Of a DNA stretch of 64,000 bases, positions 25,393-37,262 are shown in pieces (within the stretch, counting starts at the first letter, position 1; the number at the start of each line of letters is the position of its first letter). The stretch covers positions 4,092,001 through 4,156,000 of the forward strand of contig CP089274.1 of NCBI GenBank assembly GCA_023920165.1, in the 5' to 3' direction. This stretch comes from Curvularia clavata. Taxonomy: Eukaryota. The translations under genes and the position numbers were made by a program. The notes beneath the pieces are model-generated. The model searched no databases and was not told the DNA's origin. It was given only the letters and a program-made list of their open reading frames with translations.

Positions 25393-26646
25393 CTACTTCT
25401 TTGTCTTATCCACCTTTGTGAAGAAACTACTCATCTTCCTCATACCGCTTGTATCTACCTTTTTCAGCTGCTTGATTGCCCTACCCTCTAACTTCTTCTT
25501 GCGGTCCTCTTCTTCTTTCTTCCGCTTCTTTTCCTCTCGCTCGGCCATCTTGTCATCGTCTTCGAGGGCTGCGCGTTTCCGCGATACGTTGTCGGTTATG
25601 CTGCGTAGAGCGGCAGCTTCGGCTTTGAGTGAGGCGATGGCCGCGAGATGTGTAGTTAGTGGAGCAAAGAGCGAGGTTAGGAGAGGGGTGAGGAGAGCGG
25701 AGAGAGTCGGCGTCATGTAAGATGATGTTAGGTATGTGATGGATGTGCGGATACGGAGGAGGTGGGGGATTTCCGGGGGTGTTGATAGTGCTTGTGCGGG
25801 TGAATCTTCTGACTCTTGTACTGTTGTCGATATGGTTGTTGTTTCCTCTTTTGTCTCAACCGTCTCTCCATCTGTATTAGAGACAGCGCTGATGGTGCTT
25901 TCCTCTCTCCTGATGTTCATCACCGGCACTTCCAATGCGCTCTTGACAAATTTCTCTTCCATTGACGCCGGTAGACCACGCTTTACCATACGTTCTGCTT
26001 TCGCGACCAACACGTCTCTCAGTTTTGAAAGAGAGATACGGTACATAGTTTCTTCACCAGCGTCTACAGTGTCACAAATGATGCGTATCCGCTTCTCCAG
26101 CATATCCTTCAGTGACAAACATTGTGACAATAGCGCCTTCCAGTGCGGCGAAGAAGTCGAAAGCATCTCGAGATAGTCGTCAAAGGCGAGGAAATGCTGT
26201 TTTGTGTCCTTTGCTGTTTTCGGTGCGAGCGCAGGTAGTATGAGGAAGAGGAGGTCGATGGGTGTTGCGACGAAGAGATCCGCACTTTTATTTACGTAGC
26301 CACTCCCTATCCTTGAGTCGTCTGCGTCTTCTTTCTCTCCTTCTCTTGCATGCTCATCTTCACTAGGCGAACCAGTGATGAGCCAACTCCGGCAATCCCT
26401 TTTAGGTGCAGCGATGCGAGTGAATTCATAGAATCCCTTTTCGGGACAAAAGAAGTATCGTGAGGATGTATCATTTGCAGGATTATCCAGTGTAACTATT
26501 CGCGCATTCTGGGAAGCATCCTTGGGCAAGACGAATAGTTTGGGAGGGTTTGATGCGCTTGCGGGCAGCGACTTTTGTGTCGTTGTGGGTTCTGGTGTTG
26601 ATTCTGTAGGCGTCGCCTTTGCGGGTTTCGAGCGGGTTCGTGCCAT
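25393..26646 (-). CDS. RNH202: Ribonuclease H2 subunit B (Rnh202/Ydr279p family)
   Basis: SWLI...LFVATPIDLLFLILPAL domain and a C-terminal PIP-box-like KVDTSGMRKMSSFF. Likely ATG at 26646 (MARTRSKP). Confidence 0.88.
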   Translation of the reverse strand: MARTRSKPAKATPTESTPEPTTTQKSLPASASNPPKLFVLPKDASQNARIVTLDNPANDTSSRYFFCPEKGFYEFTRIAAPKRDCRSWLITGSPSEDEHAREGEKEDADDSRIGSGYVNKSADLFVATPIDLLFLILPALAPKTAKDTKQHFLAFDDYLEMLSTSSPHWKALLSQCLSLKDMLEKRIRIICDTVDAGEETMYRISLSKLRDVLVAKAERMVKRGLPASMEEKFVKSALEVPVMNIRREESTISAVSNTDGETVETKEETTTISTTVQESEDSPAQALSTPPEIPHLLRIRTSITYLTSSYMTPTLSALLTPLLTSLFAPLTTHLAAIASLKAEAAALRSITDNVSRKRAALEDDDKMAEREEKKRKKEEEDRKKKLEGRAIKQLKKVDTSGMRKMSSFFTKVDKTKK

Positions 26647-26724
26647 GGCAGCGACAATGTCTGATATTATGCTTTGAATCTGGGTCAATTGAGATATGGT
26701 GGTTGTACGACTCTAATGAACGGG

Positions 26725-26762
26725 TCGCGGTTGGTCGCGTCGCGTGCCGGGGGTAGACGCGC
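26725..26762. promoter_or_regulatory. Cluster of MCB-like (ACGCG/CGCG) G1/S elements in the RNH202-MCM10 bidirectional promoter
   Basis: TCGCGG, TCGCGT, CGCGT and ACGCG within 38 bp, between two divergent DNA-replication genes. Confidence 0.55.
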
Positions 26763-27001
26763 CATCCCTGTAAAAACGCCAGTTTCGGGTTAGATTAGAT
26801 TGGATCACGACGGGCGCCGCCATGTCTGGGGTGAACCATACGTTCCGGTGTCAACAAACGCCCACGGCTCTCGGCTACACTCTTGCGCTTGCAATCCGTC
26901 TCTTCAAAGTTTGGCCATCGCCCGCTGTGCGCCTCACTCTCCCCGTGTTGATATGGGCCCTGTTGCGAGAGTAGCGCTCACAACACTCCATCACCACAAC
27001 A

Positions 27002-29385
27002 ATGATTGTGCGCGAGAGCCCCAAGTCCAAAGGTGCGTCATCGGCGCTGAAACAACGTCAAAGCATGTGCTCATTGTGACAGCAGTCAGGGAGAACCAGC
27101 CCAACTGGCCGCCGCAATCGTCCGTGGAAGCCCTGCTCAGCTCGCCGTCTGGACGCAGGAAGTACGAGCGCTCCCGCCAGCGCAATTCTGTCTCACCCTC
27201 CCCTACGAAGCGCCGCCCAATGTCTCGAGACCATGCACAACCCGATAACGATGGCGACGACGATGACGATGACGAAGAGACGCTGCGGCTGCAGCTACAG
27301 GCCATCGAAGCAAAACTGAAACTCAAGGCATTGCAGAAGAAAAAAGCAGAATCTGCGGAGGCTGAACGCAATGGAGCATCGTCAAGGGCAAGTATAGCAA
27401 GCGCCATGCGCAGGACCGAACCGACGCCACTAGAAAGCACGGAAGAAGCGGGTGTACAAGTGCCACGCTCTCCCATTCGAGCGCGAAGACAGCCAGATGA
27501 GCCAAAAAGTCCTGCACGAGTCATGCTGGGCATCGACAAAGGACTGACGGCACGTGATGTTAGTCTCAAGCGCCCATCGAGCGTCCTGGCTGGGCGGACA
27601 AGAGCGGGATCAATCAAAGACAGTGAAACACCAAAAATCAAGTCGTTCAGTGAGCGCATTGCCGAAAGCAGGAACAGAGAGAAGGACCGGGAAGAGAAGG
27701 AAGAAAAAGCAGAGCTGAGAAGAAACAGAGGATTCGGATTGCACACCATTGAAGGCTTGACAGATCGACCTTCACTTTCTAGACAAAGTTCTTCCCAAGG
27801 TTCAGAGACACGTAGTTCGCGCGACATGCCACCACCGACACCGAGACACAGACACCAGAGTCGCTCCGTTGACTTGAGGATCCCTCCCTCCCCTAGACCC
27901 GGCTCTACCTTATCTTTCCGAAATGACATCTCACGCCCACTATCCTCATCATCCAAGGCCTCTTCTAGCGGGTTCGGCTCAACTCCAATTGCCTCCAAGT
28001 ACGCTGAGATGGCATCCCGAGACGACAGCACAGATGGTCCTAGCTTTGAGCCGTTTTCTGGCCTGCACCTGAAGTCCCGAGAAATGCAGCACAACGTCGT
28101 CACGCGTACGCTAGAAGGCAAAACTGTACTTACTATCCCACAGCTGCTCAAAACAGTGAAAGCACCAGAGTACGACCCTCCAGATTGGGAGAATGACTAC
28201 GTCGTCTTGGGCGTCATCTGTTACAAGTCAACACCACATGATTCCAAGAATGCCGCTCGAGATCAGACGAAAAGCAATCAAGATAAAGTGACAGACCCAA
28301 ATGGCAAGTTTATGGTGATTAAGTTGACGGACCTCAAGTGGGAGCTTGACCTTTTCCTGTTTGATACCGGCTTCTCACAATTTTGGAAACTCCCTCTAGG
28401 CACAGTGGTCGCCATCTTAAATCCGGACATCATGCCACCACGCAATCGTGACACGGGCAAGTTTTCCTTGAAACTCAGCAGCTCGGACGATACCATACTG
28501 GAAATCGGGACAGCGCGAGACTTGGACTTTTGCAATGCAAAGAGGAAAGACGGAAAAGATTGTGGTCAGTGGATCGATGGTCGTAAAACAGAGTTTTGCG
28601 AATTCCACATCCAGCTTCAGGTCGACAAGGCTAAGAAAGGTCGCATGCAAGTCAACACCATGACTGGTTTTGGTGGAGGCCCAGGTGGCGGCAAATTTGG
28701 CATGTTTGGTCGAGGAGGCAGCTTCAAAGGTGACGAGCTCAAACGAGAAGGGAAGTACCATGACCGCGAACTTCACGAAACTGTCTACATTGCCCCACGT
28801 CCTGGTGGTGCAGCGCGGCTCATCGATCGAGATCAACAAAACTGGGAAGGAGGTGTCAACCGCGAAGAGCGTTTTCGAAAGCAGCTGGCTGAGAGGGAAA
28901 AGGAGCGAGAGCTTGCTAAGAAGCTTGGAACCATGGGAGATGGCACAACTGGAGCCGACTACTTGAGGCTGAAAGGTGCTGGCACTCCCAGTCTACCCTC
29001 CAGAGCACGTCCATCTTCCCAGATGTCGACGAGTGCAAAAACAGATAAACCGGCCGAGACCGACTTCTCAAGCCTTCTCAATCGTACGTCCAAAGATATC
29101 TCCTTAGCGCCGGTAAAGCGTAAACGAGCAGCTTCAGGTAAATCGACCACGTCCAGCGACCCAGTTGGCTGGGCTTTCAAGTACGGCCGCATCCCATCTC
29201 CCAAGAAAGTGGTACCTTCGGCATTTCGTGGCACACGCGAGGCGAGCCCTGCAAAGAAGAGGGCTCGTCTTCTTTTGGATGGAAAAGGCATCCGTGAGCC
29301 AGGCCGAGAAAGCCTTGGCGGACTCGATGCAGGACTTATCGCCGCTCTCGACGACGACGATGACGATGATTTGGAGGTTGTCTGA
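27002..29385 (+). CDS. MCM10: Minichromosome maintenance protein 10 (Mcm10/Cdc23)
   Basis: OB-fold segment KFMVIKLTDLKWELDLFLF...LGTVVAILNP and CCCH zinc finger CNAKRKDGKDCGQWIDGRKTEFCEFH. Probable start ATG 27002 (MIVRESPKSK) with intron 27033-27085. Confidence 0.9.
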
Positions 29386-29763
29386 TTGATTTTTGTTGTA
29401 CTACTGGCGTTTTAATGTGCAAGAAAACCCGACATATGGAGGACGAAGGTATGGCGTTACATATACAGCTCGCTGATTGGCTGGAGCTAAGCGAAAACCT
29501 GGGCATTTCGACTTTTCTGGACTATGGATATACCTTGGGCTCACCGCGGCCTTGCAGTAACGATTTTCTTTAGTGTACAATATCAATTTTTTGCTACGAA
29601 TTTTTCCACAAGCTACTCGCTCTGACTACTGACGCTCCAGGGGTCGCATCACAGCCCCAGGGTACGCCTCCTTTTTTTCTTGGTCGGTTGCCATAGCGAC
29701 GCATACCAGACGGGAACCAGGTCACGGGAAAAGCAAGACCAGTCCAGGGGTTTGCCAGCTAGT

Positions 29764-31143
29764 ATGGCGTCCGCAGGGTCCACGGCCAGCGAGAAGATCT
29801 ACGCTCTGATTAACTACGAAGACCCTTATGTCCAACCCCTCATACTCTCTGCGCTAGAGAAGCGAATCCCCTCGTCATCCTACGAGCTCATCTCCTCACT
29901 TTCCCAGCTTCCAAGCCCTTCCTCCCGTTTACTTCAATTCGTTCAATATGAGTCGATTGATTTCGATCACCTCATGGACAATGCCTCTACTTCCTTGGCC
30001 AACGCCTACGTAATCCGCAAAGCACTGATTCGGAAACATTATCTCAGCACTACTATTGCGAATTGGATTACCAAGTATCCTGACTCAATACTCAAGAAAC
30101 ATGTCAAACCCAGTGTAGAATTTGAAGTTGACTACGCAGAGTTTCTTGATGATGCACTGGTAGAAGCGTGGGAGCTGAAGGAGAGTTGGGCCCGGAACGA
30201 AGAACTTGGTGATGAGGAAGAGGATCTAAAGAGAAAGGAATGGTGGATTCTGAAACCAGGAATGAGCGATAGAGGGCAAGGCATCCGACTATTCTCCAGT
30301 GAACAAGAACTCACCGAAATCTTCGAAGAATGGGATCCAGAAAGCGACGATGAAAATGAAGACGAAGACGCCCGCAGCGACTCCAACATTCAGGAAGAAA
30401 AGAAGGACGAAGAAGACAACGGAATAATAACCTCTCAACTCCGCCACTTCATCGCTCAACCCTACATCCATCCACCTCTCCTCCTCTCCCCACCAAACAG
30501 CCCAGCCCCAGACAGCCTCCGCAAATTTCATATCCGCACCTACGTCCTCGCCACTGGCGCTCTAAAACTCCACGTCTACCGCCCTATGCTCGCTCTCTTC
30601 GCTGCAAAGCCCTATCTCCCGCCTTGGTCCGCCACCGTCTCGCAAAACAGCCAAGACGCTATGCGCGCCCACCTCACCAACACCTGCCTGCAGGACTCTG
30701 GTGACCGTGAAGGATCCGTCGCCCTATTCTGGGACTTGCCAGACACTCTTCCCGCACAGCCCGACTTCTCCGCTGGAGAGATTCAAGCGAGCGCGGACTG
30801 GAAAACCCAAGTCTTCGACCAGATCTGCGGTATTACGGCGGCTACATTCGAAGCTGCGGCGAGGGGCATGTCGATTCATTTCCAGCCGCTTCCGAATGCA
30901 TTTGAGATCTTTGGACTTGATTTCATGGTTAGTGTGGAAAAGGAGTCGGGAGAGCTGAGGACATGGTTGCTCGAGGTAAATGCGTTCCCAGATTTTAGGC
31001 AGACAGGGGGTGAGTTGCAGGGACTGGTGCAGGGACTGATGGATGGAGTGGTGGACGTGGGTATTAGACCGTTTTTTGGTCTGAAGGAAAACGAGGATGA
31101 GAGTATGGTGAAGGTGCTAGATGTGGATTTGGGCAAGAGATGA
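29764..31143 (+). CDS. Tubulin-tyrosine ligase family ATP-grasp protein (Pby1-like TTL domain)
   Basis: Motifs WILKPGMSDRGQGIRLF, AQPYI, RKFHIRTYVL, HLTNTCLQ, FEIFGLDFM, WLLEVNAFPDF. Confidence 0.88.
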   Translation: MASAGSTASEKIYALINYEDPYVQPLILSALEKRIPSSSYELISSLSQLPSPSSRLLQFVQYESIDFDHLMDNASTSLANAYVIRKALIRKHYLSTTIANWITKYPDSILKKHVKPSVEFEVDYAEFLDDALVEAWELKESWARNEELGDEEEDLKRKEWWILKPGMSDRGQGIRLFSSEQELTEIFEEWDPESDDENEDEDARSDSNIQEEKKDEEDNGIITSQLRHFIAQPYIHPPLLLSPPNSPAPDSLRKFHIRTYVLATGALKLHVYRPMLALFAAKPYLPPWSATVSQNSQDAMRAHLTNTCLQDSGDREGSVALFWDLPDTLPAQPDFSAGEIQASADWKTQVFDQICGITAATFEAAARGMSIHFQPLPNAFEIFGLDFMVSVEKESGELRTWLLEVNAFPDFRQTGGELQGLVQGLMDGVVDVGIRPFFGLKENEDESMVKVLDVDLGKR

Positions 31144-31772
31144 GGAGATGTTGTGGAGGTGGGAGTGATGAAGTGTATTGTGCATTTTGAGCTATATGAT
31201 AGAGATAGAAATGACATTGTACTCCTGCTTGTCAAGGTTACCCAGGTCAAGGATATTTTGCGTTGTGGTGTCTTGGAATTTTATACATCACAATATGTTA
31301 TGAATTTGAGAGACGAAAATTGTTGCGATGGATAAGACCATTTAAGAATTGAGTAAGGTAAAACGCAAAATTAATCATTTTCCTCTATACCTAATATATC
31401 TTATGTATCTATCCATAAAAACGCAGCACATGTACCCGCTTTCATATAATAGAATTAGTCGGGTAAAAGAGTGACATGAAATCGAAACCAATCTTCTACT
31501 TGGAGTACTCAGGTAAAAGGGACGGCAACGCTATGTGAAGAATATTGAAGAAAGATCAAACAGAGAGGAACTTAGGACCTTAAGAAGGCAAAAAATCTGA
31601 AATGAAAGCTGGCTATAATTTTACAAACATAAGGAAAAAGGGGTTTAGACTAAACTCCGTAATGTAACTCTACTAGCAATGCTTATGATCGCCTTTCTTG
31701 CAATCGATACTACTTTTATCAAAGACCTGTAAAATGAAAAAGAGGCCGTCATCCCATATCTACGTAGGCGAC

Positions 31773-33045
31773 TTATTTCTTCGCTTTGCCTCTCGACTTG
31801 CTCCTGGTAACCCTAGCCCGTGGCTGCGAATCATCGTCGATACTGTCAGCCGGAACGTGTACGCCCAAGCCCTCGTCCGCATCCACTACAACACCATCAT
31901 CTTCGGTTTCTCTGTTGTCCGAGTCGATGCCTCCCTCAGGGCTCTGTGTTCGAACATGACTTTGGTTCTTAGCCCTGCGCTCAGCCTCCCAGCCCTGGAC
32001 TAGCCTTGCGACGTTGTCCTCCCGAGGCTTCTCTTTGCCGTTCCACGCACTGCAGCCACCACAACGCCATCGGCCGACGTCCTCCAATGTACGTGCGCCA
32101 GGTGGTGCCTGTCCGTTGACAAGCCTGCACTCTGTGCAAATCAGAGCAAATCGGTTCTTAGCCTGAGTCTCATCTTCCCCTAGCAGAGCGTCGAGAATAC
32201 GGTCGTACCAATGGGTTTCGGGCACTGTAGTTGGTGGAGTTGAGGATTGCTGATTGGTCACATTAATGTCAAAAGCATTGGGTGCAAACTCGGCACCAGG
32301 AGCATTGAGAGGAGGAATCGGCGGGGGCGGAGACGCTACAATCGACGGCACTTGTTGCGGAGTTGTGGGAAGCTGAGGAGGCGGAGGTCGGTGAATGTTC
32401 GCGGTAGGCGGGGGAGCTATGCCAGTGCGTGGACCTGGCGGCGGTACCGGCTTCTGCGGCCCCTGCGACTTCCTGCCGGCAGGAGAATCCTCTTCCTCTT
32501 GTACTGGCTCCTTTGGTTTGGGTGATGCACCGTACTTTTCAAGCAGCTGTTGGGTCGAGTTGTACTTTGTGGCCTCCTTGAGTCGCTCAATGGTATCGTC
32601 GCGCTCCTTGGCCAACTTCTTAAGGTAATTCTCCGTGTTACGAATGCGATAGTCAAAGTAGCTCATGAGCGCGTAGCGCAAGCCGTAGATGCTGCAAGCA
32701 TACCGTTAGACGCGTAAATGGACCAGAGGCGGAACATACAGTAGTGGGCCGCCCGCGACAACAGACCCCTCAATGGGACCCCAATTCTGCCAGCCAGTGA
32801 CAAAGGTAAGGACTACCGCAATCAGAATGTAGGCGAAGCCAGCGTATAACGTCCACATGACGCGCGCGCGCCGCGCCAGCTGCTTCTGATTGTCATTTCG
32901 CGCGGCAGCTCTGTTGATCTTGCCTGTCAGGGCGTTGAGTGTCCTCTCAAAAGACGCGGCATCTTCGCTGCCCTGTTGGTGGTTAGCGTAGCAGCGCGGG
33001 GTGATAGATGAAAGCAATTACCTTCCAAGGCCAGAAGGACACCAT
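31773..33045 (-). CDS. LNP1: Lunapark, ER junction formation protein
   Basis: Starts MVSFWPWK; two TM helices; KEATKYNSTQQLLEKY; WYDRILDALLGEDE; zinc ribbon FALICTECRLVNG...WRCGGCSAWN. Introns about 33021-32974 and 32739-32692. Confidence 0.9.
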
Positions 33046-33283
33046 GATGGCTCAGTGGAAGGTCGAAGCCCAGCGTGGGAGCTCGATTTGTATGGGAGAG
33101 GCCAGCTGTGCGTGCTCGTGTGTGGACCTCAGTGAGGCCTGACATCAGCGCGGGAGCAACTGTTGGATCGACGGCAGGGATCAGCCATACGACAGCGTCA
33201 CGTGCTTTCAACTTTCTTTGCGGACCTCCGAGCCCACCTTACACGCCATCCATTCACTCTCTGCATCCCCAATTTTACCAAAC

Positions 33284-33722
33284 ATGGCATTGGTAGCTTA
33301 CCGAAACCTGCTGCGGTCGGCGCGCATCGCCTTCCAGGGTATACTCGATTCACTATGAGAGGGAAAAACAAAAGCTCATCGCAACAGGGGACACCCACAC
33401 ACTTCTGGCCGCCCGCGCTGAAGTCCGCAAGAACTTCGAGTCGAATCGCGATCTACGTATCGGAAGCGAGGAAATGGAGAAGTCGCTTGTACATGCCGAG
33501 GAGGTCTCCAAGTTCCTGCGAGAAAACGTCGTGCAGGGACAAGCAGACGAGAGCGAGGGAAAATACAGTATGCTACCTATGACATGATTGACATTCGGGC
33601 CAGGCGGCTAACAAACTACAGCGCTACGGATACACGAGCACACTGAGAGAGGGAACAACGAGGACATCAAAAAGGGAAAAGGAAAGAGTACATTAGGCGG
33701 AACTAAGTGCTGTTCGTCTTAG
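33284..33722 (+). CDS. MZM1: Mitochondrial zinc maintenance protein 1 (LYR-motif, LYRM7)
   Basis: Spliced by hand: MALVAYRNLLRSARIAFQG/DTHTLLAARAEVRKNFE...HAEEVSKFLRENVVQG.../LRIHEHTERGNNEDIKK...KCCSS*. Two introns. Not in the ORF track. Confidence 0.88.
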
Positions 33723-33811
33723 GCTTTTTATCCATGACAAATTGAATCGTGATACCCATGCATGCGATCCATGCAAATCAAAACGCCGTCCCAATGCAAA
33801 CAAATGCTAAA

Positions 33812-34948
33812 CTAGTTGCCAGCTAAACTGGCATATTGGACTTCGTCGTCGGCTCCGGGAGGTGGTGCGATGGCCATGCTGTCCAAGTTGTTCTGTGGAG
33901 CAGCCTCAACAGCAGCCTGGGAAGCAGCGGCTCGTCGCGCTGATCCCGCCACTTGACGTCCTTCCTTAGCGTACTGCATCCTTACATTCTGATCCAAGCT
34001 GTCCAGCTGCTTCGGCTTGCCCCAAGTGACTCGCATCGGACAGCCCTTGATGACTACCTTGCCCTTCAGGGCAGCAGCAGCAGTCTCTGCATCCTCTCTC
34101 TTGACGAAGTTGACATATGCACAATGCGCTCGATGTGAGCAGACCAGCGACCTGAGCTGGCCATATTGTGTGAAGTGCTTCCGAATCTCGTGTTCAGGAA
34201 GATCATCCTCGACGCCGGTGACGAAGAGCGACGCAACATTGGGGTCAGAAGGCGGGAGCCAGTCTTGCGGGCTCGGCTCTGCTGATGGACCTCCCATACG
34301 ACCTCCTCTTCCGGGCCGCATGCCTCCCCTTGCAGGTGTGCCACGGGAATCTCGGGTTCTGATGGGTCCTGGGATATGGCTGCTCTCGCGACTCGAACTC
34401 GCACCTCCACTGCCGCCAGGCGCTGGCAAAGCCTTTTGTCCACTTCCATCCTCCGCCTCGGCTTCTAACCGCCGCTGCTTCTTGTAGTAGGGTTCACTCT
34501 GCGCAAGGCGCTTCAAAAGATCTCTCGCCTTCTCGTCTGTCTTCTCGTAGGCTTCCATAGCTCCGCGTCCCTCCTCAATCTCCTTCTCGTGTTCTTGCGC
34601 ATAGTACTGTCGGTTGATGTCGCTCTGCGGACCAGGCGCCACCATCTTCAGCGCCGCATCACGAACTACGATGGGCAGGCCGAATGACAGATCGAGCATG
34701 CAGTGCTGGCAGCAGTTCTTGAGGCGCGCGCATGTTAGGCAGATGTTGGTGCGCTTCTGTCGGGCAGTGCGGTCGGCTTTCCAGCGGAAGATGGTAAAAG
34801 GCCGCGTGCAAATCTTGCACTCGGCACCATAGTCCTCCTTGAGCATCTGCACATAGGGGTTGTCGGGCAGACATTTCTCGCAGACAGATGGAAAGTCGGT
34901 TGTCTCCCAGCCGCTGCGATTCAAGTCGCTCTTGATCTGGGGCGGCAT
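33812..34948 (-). CDS. SLT11: Pre-mRNA splicing factor Slt11/Ecm2 (RBM22/Cwf5)
   Basis: WETTDFPSVCEKCLPDNPYVQM...CKICTRPFT...CLTCARLKNCCQHCMLDL plus a C-terminal RRM. ATG at 34948 (MPPQIK). Confidence 0.93.
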   Translation of the reverse strand: MPPQIKSDLNRSGWETTDFPSVCEKCLPDNPYVQMLKEDYGAECKICTRPFTIFRWKADRTARQKRTNICLTCARLKNCCQHCMLDLSFGLPIVVRDAALKMVAPGPQSDINRQYYAQEHEKEIEEGRGAMEAYEKTDEKARDLLKRLAQSEPYYKKQRRLEAEAEDGSGQKALPAPGGSGGASSSRESSHIPGPIRTRDSRGTPARGGMRPGRGGRMGGPSAEPSPQDWLPPSDPNVASLFVTGVEDDLPEHEIRKHFTQYGQLRSLVCSHRAHCAYVNFVKREDAETAAAALKGKVVIKGCPMRVTWGKPKQLDSLDQNVRMQYAKEGRQVAGSARRAAASQAAVEAAPQNNLDSMAIAPPPGADDEVQYASLAGN

Positions 34949-35402
34949 ACTGGGCAAGGCGCGCGCAGAAGGTCGTGGGTATCTCGAATAGGGCGTTCCA
35001 ATGTACTCTGGTGATGGCAATAAGCGTATTGGCAGTCGTCGAGTACGTGGGAGTGGGGCACGGTGATGATTGCGACGACGGCAAGGCAAGTTGGATTGGT
35101 GAGCAGTGTCAGTGGCGCTAGAAATCTCCAGGCACCGCCAGGCCGGGCTTGGCTTTCACGCGCGTGGAGGGGGCAACCGCTAGTGCCGTTGACCCAGGCC
35201 GCGTACAGAGTGCGACGTGATTGGACGGCGCCAGAATCCCCCCTTTGAATTTGTCCACTTCCCCTACCCATACCGCTCTTTGCTCCCAGGGTCGTCCTCT
35301 TATAAAGTTTCCAGGGTCCTCGCTGCGAAGAATTGCTTCTCTGATATCCCCTTCATCCGTTTCTTCTTCACGCCACACTTTATATCATTTCTAATACTCA
35401 CA

Positions 35403-36646
35403 ATGGCACCAACTGCACTTGAAAAGGAGGACCACGTTCGCGATGCCGAATTCAACAAGGCCATGCACGGCAACTCGGCCAAGGCTCGTGGTGGTATGAC
35501 CGCCATGCTGCAGAAAGACAAGGCTGCCCAGCAGGCTGCTGTCGACGAGTACTTCAAGCACTGGGACAACAAGGCCGCCGCCGAGGAGACCGAGGAGACT
35601 CGCAAGGTACGCGACAGGTGGCACTCGATCACGCGAATGGCTGCTAACAGTGAACTAGCAACGACGAGACGAGTACGCCACCCTGACAAGGCACTACTAC
35701 AACCTTGCTACCGACCTGTATGAGTATGGTTGGGGCCAGTCTTTCCACTTCTGCCGTTACGCCTACGGCGAGTCCTTCTACCAAGCCATTGCTCGCCACG
35801 AGCACTACCTCGCCCACAAGATGAACCTCCAGGACAACATGAACGTGCTGGATGTTGGATGTGGTGTTGGTGGACCTGCACGAGAGATTGTCAAGTTCGC
35901 TGGCGTCAACGTCACTGGCTTGAACAACAACAACTACCAGATTGAGCGTGCGACTGCCTACGCCGAGAAGGAGGGCCTCTCGCACAAGCTCAAGTTTGTC
36001 AAGGGTGACTTCATGGTAAGAACTGCTCGAAATATCCTCGTAAACAATCCAACTAACCTGTGTCAAGCAAATGCCCTTCCCTGACAACTCTTTCGACGCT
36101 GTTTACGCTATCGAAGCCACTGTTCACGCACCATCGCTCGAGGGCATCTACAGCGAGATCTTCCGTGTCCTCAAGCCCGGCGGTGTCTTTGGTGTCTACG
36201 AGTGGCTTATGACGGACAAGTACGACAACGACAACCTCCACCACCGCGAGATCCGTCTTGGTATCGAGATCGGTGACGGTATCTCCAACATGGAGAAGGT
36301 CGAGGTCGCGCTTGCTGCCATGAAGACTGCTGGCTTCCAAATGGAGCACCACGAGGATTTGGCCGACAGGGACGACCCCTACCCCTGGTACTGGCCTCTG
36401 TCTGGCCAGCTCAAGTACATCAGCACCCTTGGCGACATTCCCACCATTCTCCGTATGACCAAGATCGGACGTGGCATCATCCACAAGTTCGTTGGTGGTC
36501 TCGAGATGATCGGCCTTGCCCCCAAGGGTACCCAAAAGACTGCCGACAGTCTTGCCCTTGCCGCCGACTGCCTGGTTGCCGGTGGTCGCGAGAAGCTCTT
36601 CACTCCTATGTACCTCATGGTCGGAAGGAAACCAGCGAATGCTTAA
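35403..36646 (+). CDS. ERG6: Sterol 24-C-methyltransferase
   Basis: [44 protein letters not shown] and [12 protein letters not shown] motifs. Two introns. Confidence 0.97.
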
Positions 36647-37262
36647 GTTTTTAATTACTTTCTTGCTTCGCCTTGCATTAGAATTCTTTTCGCATCTTAG
36701 ACCTCGTCCGTCGCGGGGACTTTTTGTTTATTTTCTACGCAGGAGCGCGATCTCCTAGTATTTGCACCAACGCGCCTTGGAGACGCGGATATAAAGTATA
36801 ATACCTGGTATCAAGGCAAGGTCTAGGGCAGGTGATGGTAACGCGAAACGTGGGGATTATAGAGAAGAATGAAATAAGTAATATGCCTCATGTGGCTGTG
36901 TATTTTGTACGACCTTGTGTACGTGTTCATTGCTGTATCTGGCTTGATGACTATGGTGGCACAGAGATGGGGTGTATTAGAGAGCAGGCAAGTAATGCAG
37001 TAAGTCAAGGCGGTAATGGCACCTGATAGAGAGGACGTCTCAAGCTGTTGAGGCCTCACGGAAGAGTATCGGGTGTTCTCGCTATAGCGCCGGGACCCAC
37101 CCGAAGCTTTGATGACTTAGCGCGTCAGGGCCCCAACGATTCGCATCCCCGACCTCCGAAGAAATTGTCCAGCAGCCCCAGCAACCACAAGAAGCCTCAG
37201 CGGCCATTCCTCGCCCACGGCACACCCTCACTACACCTCCCATCACTCGCACATCATACACA

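Noticed and set aside
26800..27001. Extended N-terminus of MCM10 in the ORF track (likewise for RNH202, TTL, SLT11, BADH, codA)
   Set aside because: These use TTG/GTG starts not normal in fungi; downstream ATGs in good context were chosen.
26991..28151. 386-aa antisense ORF over MCM10 (and similar ones, e.g. 52975-53826, 49349-49939, 4026-4379)
   Set aside because: Shadow ORFs from codon bias of the real genes on the opposite strand; no recognisable motifs.
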